Shown: piece by piece, positions 1 through 10,032 of the stretch | Numbering within the stretch: the stretch's first letter is position 1 | Layout of the letters: each line of letters opens with the position of its first letter | DNA from: Candidatus Dojkabacteria bacterium | Lineage (GTDB): Bacteria; Patescibacteriota; Dojkabacteria; B142; OLB20 | Reading direction: 5' to 3' | Assembly: GCA_030583785.1 (NCBI GenBank) | Contig: CP129475.1 | Coordinates: forward strand, 479,559-543,558 | DNA: 64,000 nucleotides | Program-made: the position numbers and the translations under genes | Notes under the pieces: model-generated | The model's input: the letters and a program-made list of their open reading frames with translations, nothing else | What the model was told of the DNA's origin: nothing | Database searches by the model: none

Positions 1-41
1 GTTGCTATTCGCAACTATCTAACTAGTTTAACCATTTAATT

Positions 42-644
42 ATGGCAACTGCAAAAAAAGAAAAACAAACTGTTAAAGAGAAACAAAGCGTTAAAGAAGA
101 ACCTGTTAAGGTGGTCAATGACTCACATAAATGGTATGTGATCAATTCTTACGCCGGACACGAAAAAAAAGTTTCTAACCAAATCATGCAAAGAGTAAAG
201 GCTAATAATCTTGAAGACCAAATTTCCGAGGTTGTAGTGCCTACACAAGAGAAAATCGAAGTTCGCGAAGGAAAAAAACGAACAGTACAAGAAAAATTCC
301 TACCAGGATATGTTCTGGTAAAAATGGAAATGAACGAAAACACCTGGCAAGTAATAAGAAACACAGAAGGTGTAACCGGTTTTGTCGGAACAGGAAAAAA
401 ACCGACGCCTCTAAACCCGGAAGAAGCAAAAAGAATTCTTGCCTACATGGATGTTGAACAGCCTGCATTCCAAACCAGCTTTGCTGTTGGAGATGCTGTA
501 AAAGTAGTAGATGGGCCGTTTACGGACTTTGTAGGAAGTATTTCAGAAATAAATACCGACAAAGGCCAAGTAAAAGTTCTTTTGTCTGTGTTTGGCAGAG
601 AAACACCTGTGATTCTTGATTTTCTTCAAATAACCAGACTTTAA
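42..644 (+). CDS. nusG: Transcription termination/antitermination factor NusG (NGN + KOW domains)
   Basis: The translation has the NusG N-terminal domain ('[15 protein letters not shown]') and a C-terminal KOW motif ('[19 protein letters not shown]'). It sits immediately upstream of rplK-rplA, the conserved gene order. Confidence 0.9.
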   Translation: MATAKKEKQTVKEKQSVKEEPVKVVNDSHKWYVINSYAGHEKKVSNQIMQRVKANNLEDQISEVVVPTQEKIEVREGKKRTVQEKFLPGYVLVKMEMNENTWQVIRNTEGVTGFVGTGKKPTPLNPEEAKRILAYMDVEQPAFQTSFAVGDAVKVVDGPFTDFVGSISEINTDKGQVKVLLSVFGRETPVILDFLQITRL

Positions 645-664
645 TCAATCAAAATATACGAGCT

Positions 665-1099
665 ATGGCAAAAAAAGCAAAACCAATTAAAGTAACAATG
701 AAACTCGAAATTGAGGCCGGTAAGGCTACCCCTGCTCCACCAATCGGACCAGCCCTTGGTCAACATGGAGTAAATATCGGAGAGTTTGTTACAAAGTACA
801 ACGACATGACCCGCGAAATGATGGGAGATGTTATTCCCTGTATTTTGACAGTTTATGAGGACAGATCGTTCGACATTACCTTAAAAACACCACCTGTTGC
901 CAGTTTAATTAAGAAAGCAGCAGGTATTCCAAAAGGTTCAGCAACACCAAATACAAATAAGAAAGGGAAAATTACTCCCAAACAGGTTAGAGAAATTGCC
1001 GAAAGAAAACTCAACGATTTAAATACAAACAATATTGAATCAGCAATCAAGATAGTCATGGGAACAGCTAAATCTTTAGGTGTAGAAATTAGTAGTTAA
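665..1099 (+). CDS. rplK: 50S ribosomal protein L11
   Basis: The N-terminus ('[38 protein letters not shown]...') is the L11 signature. Position in the nusG-rplKAJL cluster agrees. Confidence 0.95.
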   Translation: MAKKAKPIKVTMKLEIEAGKATPAPPIGPALGQHGVNIGEFVTKYNDMTREMMGDVIPCILTVYEDRSFDITLKTPPVASLIKKAAGIPKGSATPNTNKKGKITPKQVREIAERKLNDLNTNNIESAIKIVMGTAKSLGVEISS

Positions 1100-1122
1100 T
1101 AAATAATTAGTAATTATCAGAA

Positions 1123-1806
1123 ATGAAAAGATCAAAAAAATATACTGCAGTCGCCAAGCTCATTAAAAAAAATACAAACTATAAAACCCTAGAAGCAGCA
1201 GATCTTGTTGGAAAGCTTTCAACAACAAAGTTTGCTGGGGCTGTAGAGCTTGCAATTCAATTAAAACTAACAGAGAAACAGAAGAAAGAAACAATCAGAG
1301 GCACCTATTCTCTTCCAAATAAATTCGGTAAAGAGGTAAAAGTATTACTATTTGCAGACTCTGGCTTCAGCGCAAGCAATACAAATGCAGACATCGTCGG
1401 AGGAGAAGAACTTATTGCTGACATAGAATCAGGGAAACTAGAGTTTGACGCAGTAGTCGCTACTCCAGCAATGATGCCTAAAATTGCCAAACTTGGTAGA
1501 ACACTTGGAAGCAAAGGCTTAATGCCTAATCCTAAGAACGGAACAGTCACAGAAGATCCTAAAGCGGCTATAGAAAAATTAAAGTCCGGACAACGAAACT
1601 TTAAACTAACAGATGCTGGTAGAATAACAGTGGTGGTTGCAAAATCTGACATGAAGGCTGAACAGATAGCAGAAAACATCAAGGCTTTTGCACAAATTAT
1701 TTCGCCAGAGATTGCTAAATTCGGCAATCATTCAATAAAAAAAATAACACTCTGCCCTACAATGGGACCTGCAATATCATTAGATACAGCAGACTTTCTG
1801 AATTGA
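1123..1806 (+). CDS. rplA: 50S ribosomal protein L1
   Basis: 227-aa L1-like protein ('...GLMPNPKNGTVTEDP...') in the conserved position after rplK. Confidence 0.93.
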   Translation: MKRSKKYTAVAKLIKKNTNYKTLEAADLVGKLSTTKFAGAVELAIQLKLTEKQKKETIRGTYSLPNKFGKEVKVLLFADSGFSASNTNADIVGGEELIADIESGKLEFDAVVATPAMMPKIAKLGRTLGSKGLMPNPKNGTVTEDPKAAIEKLKSGQRNFKLTDAGRITVVVAKSDMKAEQIAENIKAFAQIISPEIAKFGNHSIKKITLCPTMGPAISLDTADFLN

Positions 1807-1831
1807 CAAAAACTGCCAATTGAGATAGTAT
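1803..1831 (+). promoter_or_regulatory. Candidate sigma70-type promoter for rplJ-rplL
   Basis: TTGACA (1803-1808), an exact 17-nt spacer, then TAGTAT (1826-1831). It lies in the 115-nt rplA-rplJ spacer, which in model bacteria carries the L10 promoter and leader. Confidence 0.4.
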
Positions 1832-1954
1832 TACCATGTAAATCAGAGTTTCTGTCAAAGACAGTAGGCAAATAAATAAGTCCTACCGAGACGGGGATAA
1901 TTATATTAACTAAAATATAATATGCCGTCAGGCATATTTTTGTTTTATAAACAG

Positions 1955-2482
1955 ATGGCAAAAACAAAAACACAAAAAAAAGAACTTGTTGCTGACTATG
2001 TTGCCAAACTAGATAAGGTAAACACAATATACTTTGTGAAGCCTTTAGGTTTGGGCGTAAATCAAACAACCCTGCTCAAAAAGGCTCTGTACGGACACAA
2101 TACAGACTATCATATTGTAAAAAACACATTATTCAAAATTGCTTTAGAGCAAAAAGGACTTCCTGTTCCCTCCTCTTTAGATAACGGCGAAAATGCTGTT
2201 GTATTCTGTTCCGACGAAGTTAGCGAGATTGCAAAATTAATCAAAGAACACGCCAAAGAAACAGAGAAACTCTCAATTCTAGGCGGTATCTTAAATGGTG
2301 AACTAATCTCAGGTGATCAAGTAGAAGCACTTGCAAGTCTTCCATCCAAGGATCAACTACTTGGTCAGTTGCTTAGCGTATTTAACGGACCTATGCGTGG
2401 ACTCGTTACTGTATTATCGGGCAATATGCGCGAATTTGTGCAAGTATTGTCTGCAATTCAGGATAAAAAGTCCGAAGCATAA
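1955..2482 (+). CDS. rplJ: 50S ribosomal protein L10
   Basis: The ORF track starts at 1922 (MPSGIFLFYKQ-). The internal Met at 1955 ('MAKTKTQKKELVADYVAKL...') matches typical L10 N-termini, so the true start is probably 1955. Followed by rplL. Confidence 0.88.
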   Translation: MAKTKTQKKELVADYVAKLDKVNTIYFVKPLGLGVNQTTLLKKALYGHNTDYHIVKNTLFKIALEQKGLPVPSSLDNGENAVVFCSDEVSEIAKLIKEHAKETEKLSILGGILNGELISGDQVEALASLPSKDQLLGQLLSVFNGPMRGLVTVLSGNMREFVQVLSAIQDKKSEA

Positions 2483-2515
2483 TTTTAATTAAATTATTTA
2501 TTTATCAATATCAAA

Positions 2516-2923
2516 ATGGCAGACGAAACAAAATCAGTAGAACTTACTGGTGATGCAAAGAAAATTGCAGATATGCTCGAAAAAATGACTGTTCTTGAGG
2601 TATCAGAACTTGTCAAAGCTCTAGAAGAGAAATTCGGCGTATCAGCAGCATCTCCAGCTGCAGTAATGGCAGTAGCTCCTGCAGGAGATGCTGGCGCAGC
2701 AGCAGAAGAGAAAGATTCTTTTGATGTCGAGCTTGCAGAAGCTGGCGGAAATAAGATCTCAGTCATTAAAGTTGTAAAGAATGCAACTGGACTTGGACTT
2801 AAAGAAGCTAAAGATCTTGTAGAAAGCGCACCAAAAATGGTAAAAGAAGGTCTTAAAAAAGAAGAAGCAGAAGCTCTTAAGAAAGAACTAGAAGAAGCTG
2901 GCGCAAAAGTAAATCTTAAATAA
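2516..2923 (+). CDS. rplL: 50S ribosomal protein L7/L12
   Basis: Ala-rich flexible hinge ('[23 protein letters not shown]') and the C-terminal '[19 protein letters not shown]...[18 protein letters not shown]' domain are both L7/L12 hallmarks. Confidence 0.95.
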   Translation: MADETKSVELTGDAKKIADMLEKMTVLEVSELVKALEEKFGVSAASPAAVMAVAPAGDAGAAAEEKDSFDVELAEAGGNKISVIKVVKNATGLGLKEAKDLVESAPKMVKEGLKKEEAEALKKELEEAGAKVNLK

Positions 2924-2943
2924 GATTTGTTATAGTTAGCTAT

Positions 2944-2981
2944 GAGCGGGTTCGGATAAATCCGAACCCGCTTTATTATTT
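2944..2981 (+). terminator. Rho-independent terminator after rplL
   Basis: Perfect 12-bp stem AGCGGGTTCGGA / TCCGAACCCGCT with a TAAA loop, followed by TTATTATTT. Confidence 0.8.
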
Positions 2982-3045
2982 GGACTTTTCGCTAGTCAGC
3001 AAGTATAATTCAGGTGCATTTTGATTTTAAGTTAGGGAACAATTT

Positions 3046-3720
3046 ATGCAGGATTTTCTTCTTTCAGCTTCCGTCGAACCGTTGGTAATTATCCTGCTCT
3101 TCACCTTACCAATAGCAGTTACCATCATTGGTATCACAAAACACATTATTGGACTAAAGTCCTTAAGCGTATTCATTAGTCTGGCGATGATTTTTGTCTT
3201 CTTTGAATTTGCAACAGATACAACAACAAACACCATTGATATCCAGGCTGGGCTTAGATATGGATTGGTACTATTCTTTTTGACTTTTATATTGGCAACT
3301 GTCGCTTATGGAATAATCAAATCTCTTGCCCTACACTATTATCCAAAACTCGCTCTAGTAATATCTTTTGTTTCTTTTGGTTACTTGGCAATCTTATTCC
3401 TTGCAGATTATTTCAATGTAATGTCTCTGATCAATTTCAATTTGTTTGCTTTACTTCTTTCTGCCCTAATTTCTGAAAGAATTATGAACCTGCTTGCCAG
3501 AAAGCCTTTTAAAACTGCGGTTATGGCAATGCTTGAAAGTACAGTTACAGCATCGCTTTGTTTTATTGTAATTGCTCTTCCTTCTGTTCAAAGCTTCATC
3601 ATCAATTATCCTTTATCTCTAATCCTGCTCTTCCCTATCAACTATTTTGTTGGAAGATTCACAGGTCTTAGAATCAGAGAATATATTCGTTTTCGCGATA
3701 TATTAAATGAAGACCAATAG
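3046..3720 (+). CDS. Polytopic membrane protein (~7 predicted TM helices), 7TM module associated with ATP-grasp amidoligases
   Basis: About seven hydrophobic segments read directly from the translation. The stop lies 5 nt before the start of the ATP-grasp gene. Among described RimK-type amide-ligase systems, this arrangement resembles the '7TM + ATP-grasp' arrangement. Confidence 0.55.
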   Translation: MQDFLLSASVEPLVIILLFTLPIAVTIIGITKHIIGLKSLSVFISLAMIFVFFEFATDTTTNTIDIQAGLRYGLVLFFLTFILATVAYGIIKSLALHYYPKLALVISFVSFGYLAILFLADYFNVMSLINFNLFALLLSALISERIMNLLARKPFKTAVMAMLESTVTASLCFIVIALPSVQSFIINYPLSLILLFPINYFVGRFTGLRIREYIRFRDILNEDQ

Positions 3721-3725
3721 ATTCA

Positions 3726-5147
3726 ATGGGAATCTTAACCATTTACAAAAATCGAAAGAAAGTCCTCGGATTAAATGAAAGATCTTTAAACTATATCCGC
3801 AGATATAACAAGAAGAAGGCCGTCGAAATTGCTGATGATAAACTCCTAACAAAAAAAGTACTTAACAAAGCAGACATACCTACTCCTGCACTAATAGCAA
3901 CTATAGAAAACTCAGCTGATCTTGAATCTTTCAACTGGGATAGTCTTCCTCCAAGTTTTGTAATGAAACCAGTACAAGGTTTAGAAGGTGGAGGAATTGA
4001 GATACTCTACAATCGCGACAAAAACGGAGAATGGATAAAGGCCGACAGAGAAAGAGTTAGTATCGCAAAGTTGAGAATGAAAGCTAAAAGCATCCTTGAC
4101 GGCAGATTTTCATTGCATAATGCACCAGACAGAATCATGTTTGAAGAAAGAATCAAACCGCATAAATCTTTTAAGTACTATACATACAAAGGAACCCCAG
4201 ATGTTCGTGTGATTGTTTTCAATAATGTTCCTATTATGGCCATGTTAAGGCTACCTACCAGAGAATCAGAGGGTAAGGCTAATCTGGATAAGGGCGCCCT
4301 CGGTTTAGGCATAGATATGGCAAAAGGAGCTACAACTTATGCAATTTCTGGAAAAAGTGGCAATATCGAAATGATCCCCGGCACAAAACTTCGAGTCGGA
4401 GGTTTGAAAATCCCCTTCTGGAATCAAATACTTGAGAATGCAATTAAAGCTCAAAAGGCAACCAACCTAAATTTTGCCGGTATTGATTTTCTAATAGACA
4501 GAGAAAATGGTCCTGTCATTGTTGAAATGAATGCTAGACCAGGGTTATCAATACAGCTCGCCAATGAAGACGGTATGCGCTGGAGACTTAAAAAGGCCGC
4601 TTTTCTTAAAGTGAAAACTGCAGAAAAAGGTATTAGACTTGCCAAAGACCTATTTGGAGGAGAGATCGACGAAGAGATTGCCTCAATTTCTGGTAAGCAG
4701 GTTATCGGCATTTACGAAAACATTAAGCTTATTGGCAAAGACATGAAAGAAGTTCTAGCCAAAGCCAAAATTGATACGGGAGCAGACAGTTCGTCAATCG
4801 ATATAGCAGTTGCAACAAAGCTTGGTTTTGGAGACCTGATTAATGAATGGGCTGCAATTAAAATCGACCAGAATATTTCTAGGGATGATTGGTTGAAGAT
4901 GGAGGCAGAATTAAAGGCAAAATACCTAAACAAGTTTGAAGACCTGGTTAACTTAGACTATGTTAGATCATCCCACGGTGCAAGTATTCGTATATATGTA
5001 CGCATAACTATGCAAATACAAGAAACAAAGTTTGAAACAATAGCCTCGATATACGATAGAAGTAAGCTCACCTATCCCGTTATAGTGGGGAGGAAATCTC
5101 TAACTAGGTTCTTAGTTGATCCAAGCCAAAGAAAGTCACAAAAATAA
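3726..5147 (+). CDS. RimK-like ATP-grasp ligase fused to a C-terminal retropepsin-like (DTGA) aspartic protease domain
   Basis: ATP-grasp core ('FVMKPVQGLEGGGIEIL', 'VIVEMNARPGLSIQ'). The C-terminal ~125 aa carry 'IDTGADSSSIDIA' at nt 4773-4784, the retropepsin-like signature of RimK-associated protease domains. Confidence 0.75.
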   Translation: MGILTIYKNRKKVLGLNERSLNYIRRYNKKKAVEIADDKLLTKKVLNKADIPTPALIATIENSADLESFNWDSLPPSFVMKPVQGLEGGGIEILYNRDKNGEWIKADRERVSIAKLRMKAKSILDGRFSLHNAPDRIMFEERIKPHKSFKYYTYKGTPDVRVIVFNNVPIMAMLRLPTRESEGKANLDKGALGLGIDMAKGATTYAISGKSGNIEMIPGTKLRVGGLKIPFWNQILENAIKAQKATNLNFAGIDFLIDRENGPVIVEMNARPGLSIQLANEDGMRWRLKKAAFLKVKTAEKGIRLAKDLFGGEIDEEIASISGKQVIGIYENIKLIGKDMKEVLAKAKIDTGADSSSIDIAVATKLGFGDLINEWAAIKIDQNISRDDWLKMEAELKAKYLNKFEDLVNLDYVRSSHGASIRIYVRITMQIQETKFETIASIYDRSKLTYPVIVGRKSLTRFLVDPSQRKSQK

Positions 5148-6422
5148 ATGCTTTCCAAAGATACATTTCCAAAAGTCTTAGTTACAGGAACCAAAGGTAA
5201 AACCAGCATTGTCCATCTGATTTCGACGATTCTTAGATCCACAAGAAATAATATTCTTAGAGTTGATACGGGTGGTTCTTATCTTAATGAAAAGCAAATA
5301 ACAAGCTACGATGACTCTGTCAGGAATTTTGGAAAATCTCCTAATGTCAGACCAGGCAGATACCTTTACTGGCACTTAAAAAATCTACCCTCAAACGAAA
5401 TCAATACTTTTATGACTGTTCTCGAAGGGGCTTTGAGCTGTTCACATGAAGGTACTGGGCTTGAAGAATATGGAGGCCATGATATAGGAATCCTATCAAA
5501 TATCTTTCGCGATCATATAAATTTTGAAACTATAAAAAACGAAGATGATATTTATGACAGGAAATCATTTGTGTTCAAACAGATTTGTAGTAATGGATTA
5601 TTCATCACTACACTCGACAACAAATACAATCTCCGCGCTTTAAACGAAAGCACTCTACAAGAAAAATCAATTCGTAAAATTGCAATCAGTATTGACATAA
5701 AACCTGAACAAGTCCATGAAACTATGCATAAATATAACCTTGAAGACATACTATATTTAGATAATGGCGAAGCAAAGAGTGAAAGAAAAGGCAAGATATT
5801 TAAATTAACTGATTATCCTTACTATCTTGACGGTTTTGGAACGGCTATGCTTACAAACGCCTTGATCGCTTCAGCTGCCTGTCTAGAATACCTCAATCCT
5901 AAAACAATAGAGGAGGTGCTTACTTCTTATAGAATCCCCAAGGAATATGGCAGAATGCTTGTCTATAAGAGAGGAGAACAACACATAGTTCTTGATTATG
6001 CACATGAGATTGAATCACTAAAGATCGTTACTGAGACATTCAGAAAATATTACAAAAAAGATCCATACATCATTACGAGAGTGGCTTCAGATAGAAAAGA
6101 TGGATTTCTGAAAGAGTTTGCAGATAAGCTCAGCTTATTGGAAAACATAAAGGGACTTACAATCTACGATAGAATTGATGGTATCAATTCCAAGATGTAT
6201 CGTGTTGGAAAACTTAAACGCGAGATTGGAGAGAGCTCAGGACTAATTTACAAAAGACTGAAGAATAATAATCCTCTCTATCCCATAAAATGGATACTGA
6301 ATGAACAAGATGCTCTATCTGATGCTTGTGCAAACGATCAGAAACTAATCATTCTAATACATTCGAATCTGGACAAGTCAATCAAACTACTCGAACAAAA
6401 TGGTTTTGTACGAGATAAATAA
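5148..6422 (+). CDS. Mur-ligase-family amide ligase (PgsB/CapB- or CphA-C-terminal-like)
   Basis: N-terminal P-loop 'VLVTGTKGKTSIV' (nt 5187-5207) and a 'LDYAHEIESLK' motif corresponding to the Mur-ligase DxAHN region. Its start codon directly abuts the stop of the preceding gene (TAA-ATG). Confidence 0.7.
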   Translation: MLSKDTFPKVLVTGTKGKTSIVHLISTILRSTRNNILRVDTGGSYLNEKQITSYDDSVRNFGKSPNVRPGRYLYWHLKNLPSNEINTFMTVLEGALSCSHEGTGLEEYGGHDIGILSNIFRDHINFETIKNEDDIYDRKSFVFKQICSNGLFITTLDNKYNLRALNESTLQEKSIRKIAISIDIKPEQVHETMHKYNLEDILYLDNGEAKSERKGKIFKLTDYPYYLDGFGTAMLTNALIASAACLEYLNPKTIEEVLTSYRIPKEYGRMLVYKRGEQHIVLDYAHEIESLKIVTETFRKYYKKDPYIITRVASDRKDGFLKEFADKLSLLENIKGLTIYDRIDGINSKMYRVGKLKREIGESSGLIYKRLKNNNPLYPIKWILNEQDALSDACANDQKLIILIHSNLDKSIKLLEQNGFVRDK

Positions 6423-7419
6423 GAGTTTAAATAATATTATGCATACAAAGAAACTATTCGATGCAAAAGAGGTATTATTTTTGCAGGATCCGAAATATCA
6501 GGACACAGAGAATATTTTAAACAGACTTGTCCCAGGATACAATAAAATATCGTTAACAGAATTATTCATTTCTCCAGATAAGCTATATAAACCCAATGGT
6601 GAGTCGTTAAGCCTCGAAGAAATCAAACTTATCATATTTGCTCCCGGGCTCAATTATACTTATAAGCATTCATTAATAAAAGTTCTTAAACATCATTACC
6701 CAGAAATTCTATTACGGAATATTGATACTGTACCTTATTCAAACTGGCACTGGGAGAACAAATTTGAGCTTTTTTCGGCGCTCATTCACAAATCCGTAGA
6801 AACAGTAAAGCTTCCTCAAACTTATGTCATAAATCCTCAAGCAAGTAAAGAAATAACCCAGCAATTTAGAGAAAGTGTGATGCCTAACTTTCCATTTGTA
6901 CTGAAAGCAGCACTTGGAAGCCAAGGGAAGAGTGTAAAAAAGATAAACAATGCTCCAGAGTTTAATATTTTTCTCGATTCAATCCTCAATATTGAGGGTT
7001 TTGATTCTAAGAGAAATTATTATCTGATGCAGGAAATGATCTATTCTCCTATGAGATCGGATTATCGAATAATTGCAATACAAGGGAAGATAATTGGGGG
7101 AATGGAAAGAATCTCAAATAAAAAAGACGAATTTAGAACTAACTTCTCGTTAGGAGGAGATATAAGAAAGATGGAATCAATTCCAGAAGATATAGAAGAT
7201 GCAGTGAAGGAAATCTATGAAAAAACACGGCTAACAACAATAGGATTCGACTTTATTCGAGACAATAATAGCGATCTTTATTTACTCGAAATAACAACGG
7301 CCCCTCAGAGAGATGGTTTTAACAGCTTACATGGGTTTGATGCTCTAGAAATAAAGTTGCTCAAGCTTCTAGAAAGAGACCAACTTAGAACAATCAACTA
7401 CCCCGTAAACTTCTCTTGA
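6400..7419 (+). CDS. Second RimK-like ATP-grasp ligase
   Basis: 'FPFVLKAALGSQGKSVKK', 'IIGGMERISNKKDEFRTNFSLGG' and 'IGFDFIRDNNSDLYLLEITTAPQ' follow the ATP-grasp pattern. Overlaps the Mur-ligase gene by 23 nt. Confidence 0.7.
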   Translation: MVLYEINKSLNNIMHTKKLFDAKEVLFLQDPKYQDTENILNRLVPGYNKISLTELFISPDKLYKPNGESLSLEEIKLIIFAPGLNYTYKHSLIKVLKHHYPEILLRNIDTVPYSNWHWENKFELFSALIHKSVETVKLPQTYVINPQASKEITQQFRESVMPNFPFVLKAALGSQGKSVKKINNAPEFNIFLDSILNIEGFDSKRNYYLMQEMIYSPMRSDYRIIAIQGKIIGGMERISNKKDEFRTNFSLGGDIRKMESIPEDIEDAVKEIYEKTRLTTIGFDFIRDNNSDLYLLEITTAPQRDGFNSLHGFDALEIKLLKLLERDQLRTINYPVNFS

Positions 7420-8398
7420 TAACATCAAGATGTTCTAATGATTCACTTACACCATTAACGACTGTATGCAGAGGGTTATCAACTACATGTGCTGGTACAC
7501 CTGTAGCCTTAGTGAATAGCTCATCAATGTTTCTGATCAAAGCAGTACCTCCGGATAACACCATTCCCCTATCTATTATGTCTGAAGATAATTCTGGTGG
7601 AGTCTTTTCGAGGACATTCTTAATTGAACCTACGATTTGATTAAGTACAACTTTAATCGAATCAACAATATCGTTGGAATTCACAACAACCGAAATAGGC
7701 ATACCCGATGTTGCATCACGACCTCTGACTTCCATCTCTAAAGGCGTATCAAGTAAAGTTGCACTTCCAATTTCAATTTTGATTTTTTCAGCCATTTGCT
7801 CTCCAACTAGAATATTGTGCCTTCTGCGCATATGGTTTGCGATTGCATCATTTACTGCATCTCCAGCGATTCTTTTAGACTCAAAAGTGACAATTCCGTT
7901 CATAGATATAACAGCGATTTCCGAAGTGCCCCCGCCCATATTAACAATCATGTTTCCTGCCGAAGTGCTGATAGGGAGTTTTGCACCTATTGCAGCCGCA
8001 ATCGGCTCAGGGATCAAATAGATTTTTCCTGCACCTGCCGATGCCGCAGCTTCGATGACAGCTCTTTCTTCAACTGATGTAACACCAGCTGGAACACTAA
8101 TCATAACTTCTGGTTTGAAGAATCGCGTTCTGCCAAGTGCCTTATTCAAGAGATTGCTAATTAATGCTTCTGTGAGTTTATAACTTGCGATAACACCCTG
8201 TCTGATTGGTCTTCTAGCGACGATATTTCCGGGAACCTTTCCCAACATTTCTTTAGCTTCTTCACCAATAGCAAGAACCTGTTTATCATCTAATGAAATT
8301 GCCACTACTGTTGGCTCTGAAACAACAACACCCCTACCCTGCACTGCTACAAGCGAATTGGCCGTCCCCAAATCAATAGCTACTTTTTTACCTGCCAT
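7394..8398 (-). CDS. mreB: Rod-shape-determining actin-like protein MreB
   Basis: 'VAIDLGTANSLVAV...' at the N-terminus and actin-fold phosphate/adenosine motifs throughout. Confidence 0.9.
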   Translation of the reverse strand: MAGKKVAIDLGTANSLVAVQGRGVVVSEPTVVAISLDDKQVLAIGEEAKEMLGKVPGNIVARRPIRQGVIASYKLTEALISNLLNKALGRTRFFKPEVMISVPAGVTSVEERAVIEAAASAGAGKIYLIPEPIAAAIGAKLPISTSAGNMIVNMGGGTSEIAVISMNGIVTFESKRIAGDAVNDAIANHMRRRHNILVGEQMAEKIKIEIGSATLLDTPLEMEVRGRDATSGMPISVVVNSNDIVDSIKVVLNQIVGSIKNVLEKTPPELSSDIIDRGMVLSGGTALIRNIDELFTKATGVPAHVVDNPLHTVVNGVSESLEHLDVIKRSLRGS

Positions 8399-8458
8399 AG
8401 TTTACTTGGAAGCTTGTCTAATAATTGATATACTCAGTCCCAGAATCATAGTACATGC

Positions 8459-9919
8459 ATGCTAAAAAGTAAATTTCTAACAATCATGGTTGTGCTTGCC
8501 GTATTCCTACTGTTTGCAGGAATAGCGGCTATTGCGATTATTATATCACGCGGAGGAACTCTTACTGACTCTGGGCTGGTTCTCGAATCAGGGGTTGTTC
8601 GAATACAAACAGATCCTGCTGATTTAATTGCAAATTTCTATCTTAATGATAAAGAAATTAAACTACAAGACAAGCGCATAAACGGTCTACTAGCTGGGGA
8701 ATACACAATCCGTATTGAGGCAGAAGGTTATTCGTCTTGGGAAAAAACCATTAAAGTTGACTCGGGAATAGTTTTAGACATCAGCGCAAAACTCTATCCC
8801 GTTGAACTTGCTCTTTCACAGCTTACAAATACCAATATTGATCGAGCATTCTTCTCTGAATCGGGAGAATATGTATATTATACGGTTACAAATTCCCAGT
8901 TTGGTTCAGATATTGGTATCTGGCGCATGAGACTTGCACAGAGCCAATTTATTTTTAGCCCCAATCAAAACCAGCCTGAAAAAATCTCTAATCTAACTCC
9001 GGAACTTAAAGATTTATTCTCTGCAGGCTCTTATGAGCTTATTCCAAGCCCAGATAACAATCGTCTAATGATCAAGGACGATAATAACACCATATTTGTA
9101 TTAAGCATCGCCTCTAATCCATCTGTAAGTCCGACCAACCTAGAAACAACTCTAGGGTTTCGAATTGATCATGCAGCTTGGTTTAACAATTCTGGCTCTA
9201 TTGTCGTTCGCAGTGGAAAGCTATTAGTTGAATACAATCTTAATAACTCAATTACCACTTTAGTAAACTTTGCAAACGAAGATGATCTTATTTACGCCGC
9301 AAACAATTTTGTAGTCTATGTCATAAGAGATAATGCAATTTGGCAGTATCAAAATTCGGTTCTTACACCTCTTAAGCTAGAAAATATTCAGTTACCCGAG
9401 CAAATAGATTCTATCTACACACCAACCAATAATAGGCGCTTTCTAGCGCTAAAATCGGGTGAGAATTATTACTATCTTGACTCAGAAAAAAGTCTGCTCT
9501 ATAAAATCGAAGAGCCTGATTTGGAATACTACGCCTTTTCTCAAGACGGCAGAGCCCTATTGTTTAAGAACAATGATTTACTGCTTGCTTTCAGTGTAAG
9601 AGAAATTATTGCTCTAAATACAATTGAAACCAAACTTATCAATACAGAACTTGCTATTGTTAAAGACAAAGATATTGCGAAATTTGTTCCTCAGTCATCA
9701 CATTTTCTACACTATAAAAATGGTGACGATCATGTGATTACAGTTACAGAAAAAGACGGATCGAATCAGATCACATTGCTAAATAATGCAGGAATAAAAA
9801 ATTCAGACTTCGGATTTGACTCAACTGGAAACAGATTCATTGTTTTACTTCAAGATGAATCTGCAGATATTGAGAATGCAAGTTCCAACTTGTATACGAT
9901 TAACCTTGAGAAGCCTTAA
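8459..9919 (+). CDS. Membrane-anchored hypothetical protein with PEGA-like domain and probable beta-propeller region
   Basis: N-terminal TM helix. A PEGA-like segment ('GEYTIRIEAEGYSSWEKTIKVDSGIVLDISAKLYP'). The remainder is rich in beta-strand-type repeats. Confidence 0.45.
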   Translation: MLKSKFLTIMVVLAVFLLFAGIAAIAIIISRGGTLTDSGLVLESGVVRIQTDPADLIANFYLNDKEIKLQDKRINGLLAGEYTIRIEAEGYSSWEKTIKVDSGIVLDISAKLYPVELALSQLTNTNIDRAFFSESGEYVYYTVTNSQFGSDIGIWRMRLAQSQFIFSPNQNQPEKISNLTPELKDLFSAGSYELIPSPDNNRLMIKDDNNTIFVLSIASNPSVSPTNLETTLGFRIDHAAWFNNSGSIVVRSGKLLVEYNLNNSITTLVNFANEDDLIYAANNFVVYVIRDNAIWQYQNSVLTPLKLENIQLPEQIDSIYTPTNNRRFLALKSGENYYYLDSEKSLLYKIEEPDLEYYAFSQDGRALLFKNNDLLLAFSVREIIALNTIETKLINTELAIVKDKDIAKFVPQSSHFLHYKNGDDHVITVTEKDGSNQITLLNNAGIKNSDFGFDSTGNRFIVLLQDESADIENASSNLYTINLEKP

Positions 9920-9930
9920 GGAAACATTTT

Positions 9931-10007
9931 GCACCAGTAGCTCAGACGGATAGAGCAAGGCACTCCTAACGCCTAGGCCGCAGGTTCGACTCCTGCCTGG
10001 TGCACCA
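9931..10007 (+). tRNA. tRNA-Arg (anticodon CCT)
   Basis: Cloverleaf read by hand: acceptor GCACCAG/CTGGTGC, D-arm GCTC...GAGC, anticodon loop CTCCTAA, T-arm GCAGG-TTCGACT-CCTGC, encoded CCA. Confidence 0.85.
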
Positions 10008-10032
10008 ATAGCATTTCACACTGACGAGATAG

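Noticed and set aside
1922-1954. Upstream start of rplJ at 1922 given by the ORF track (MPSGIFLFYKQ-)
   Set aside because: The N-terminal 11 residues are not L10-like. The internal Met at 1955 gives a canonical L10 N-terminus, so 1955 is preferred. Experimental N-terminus data would settle it.
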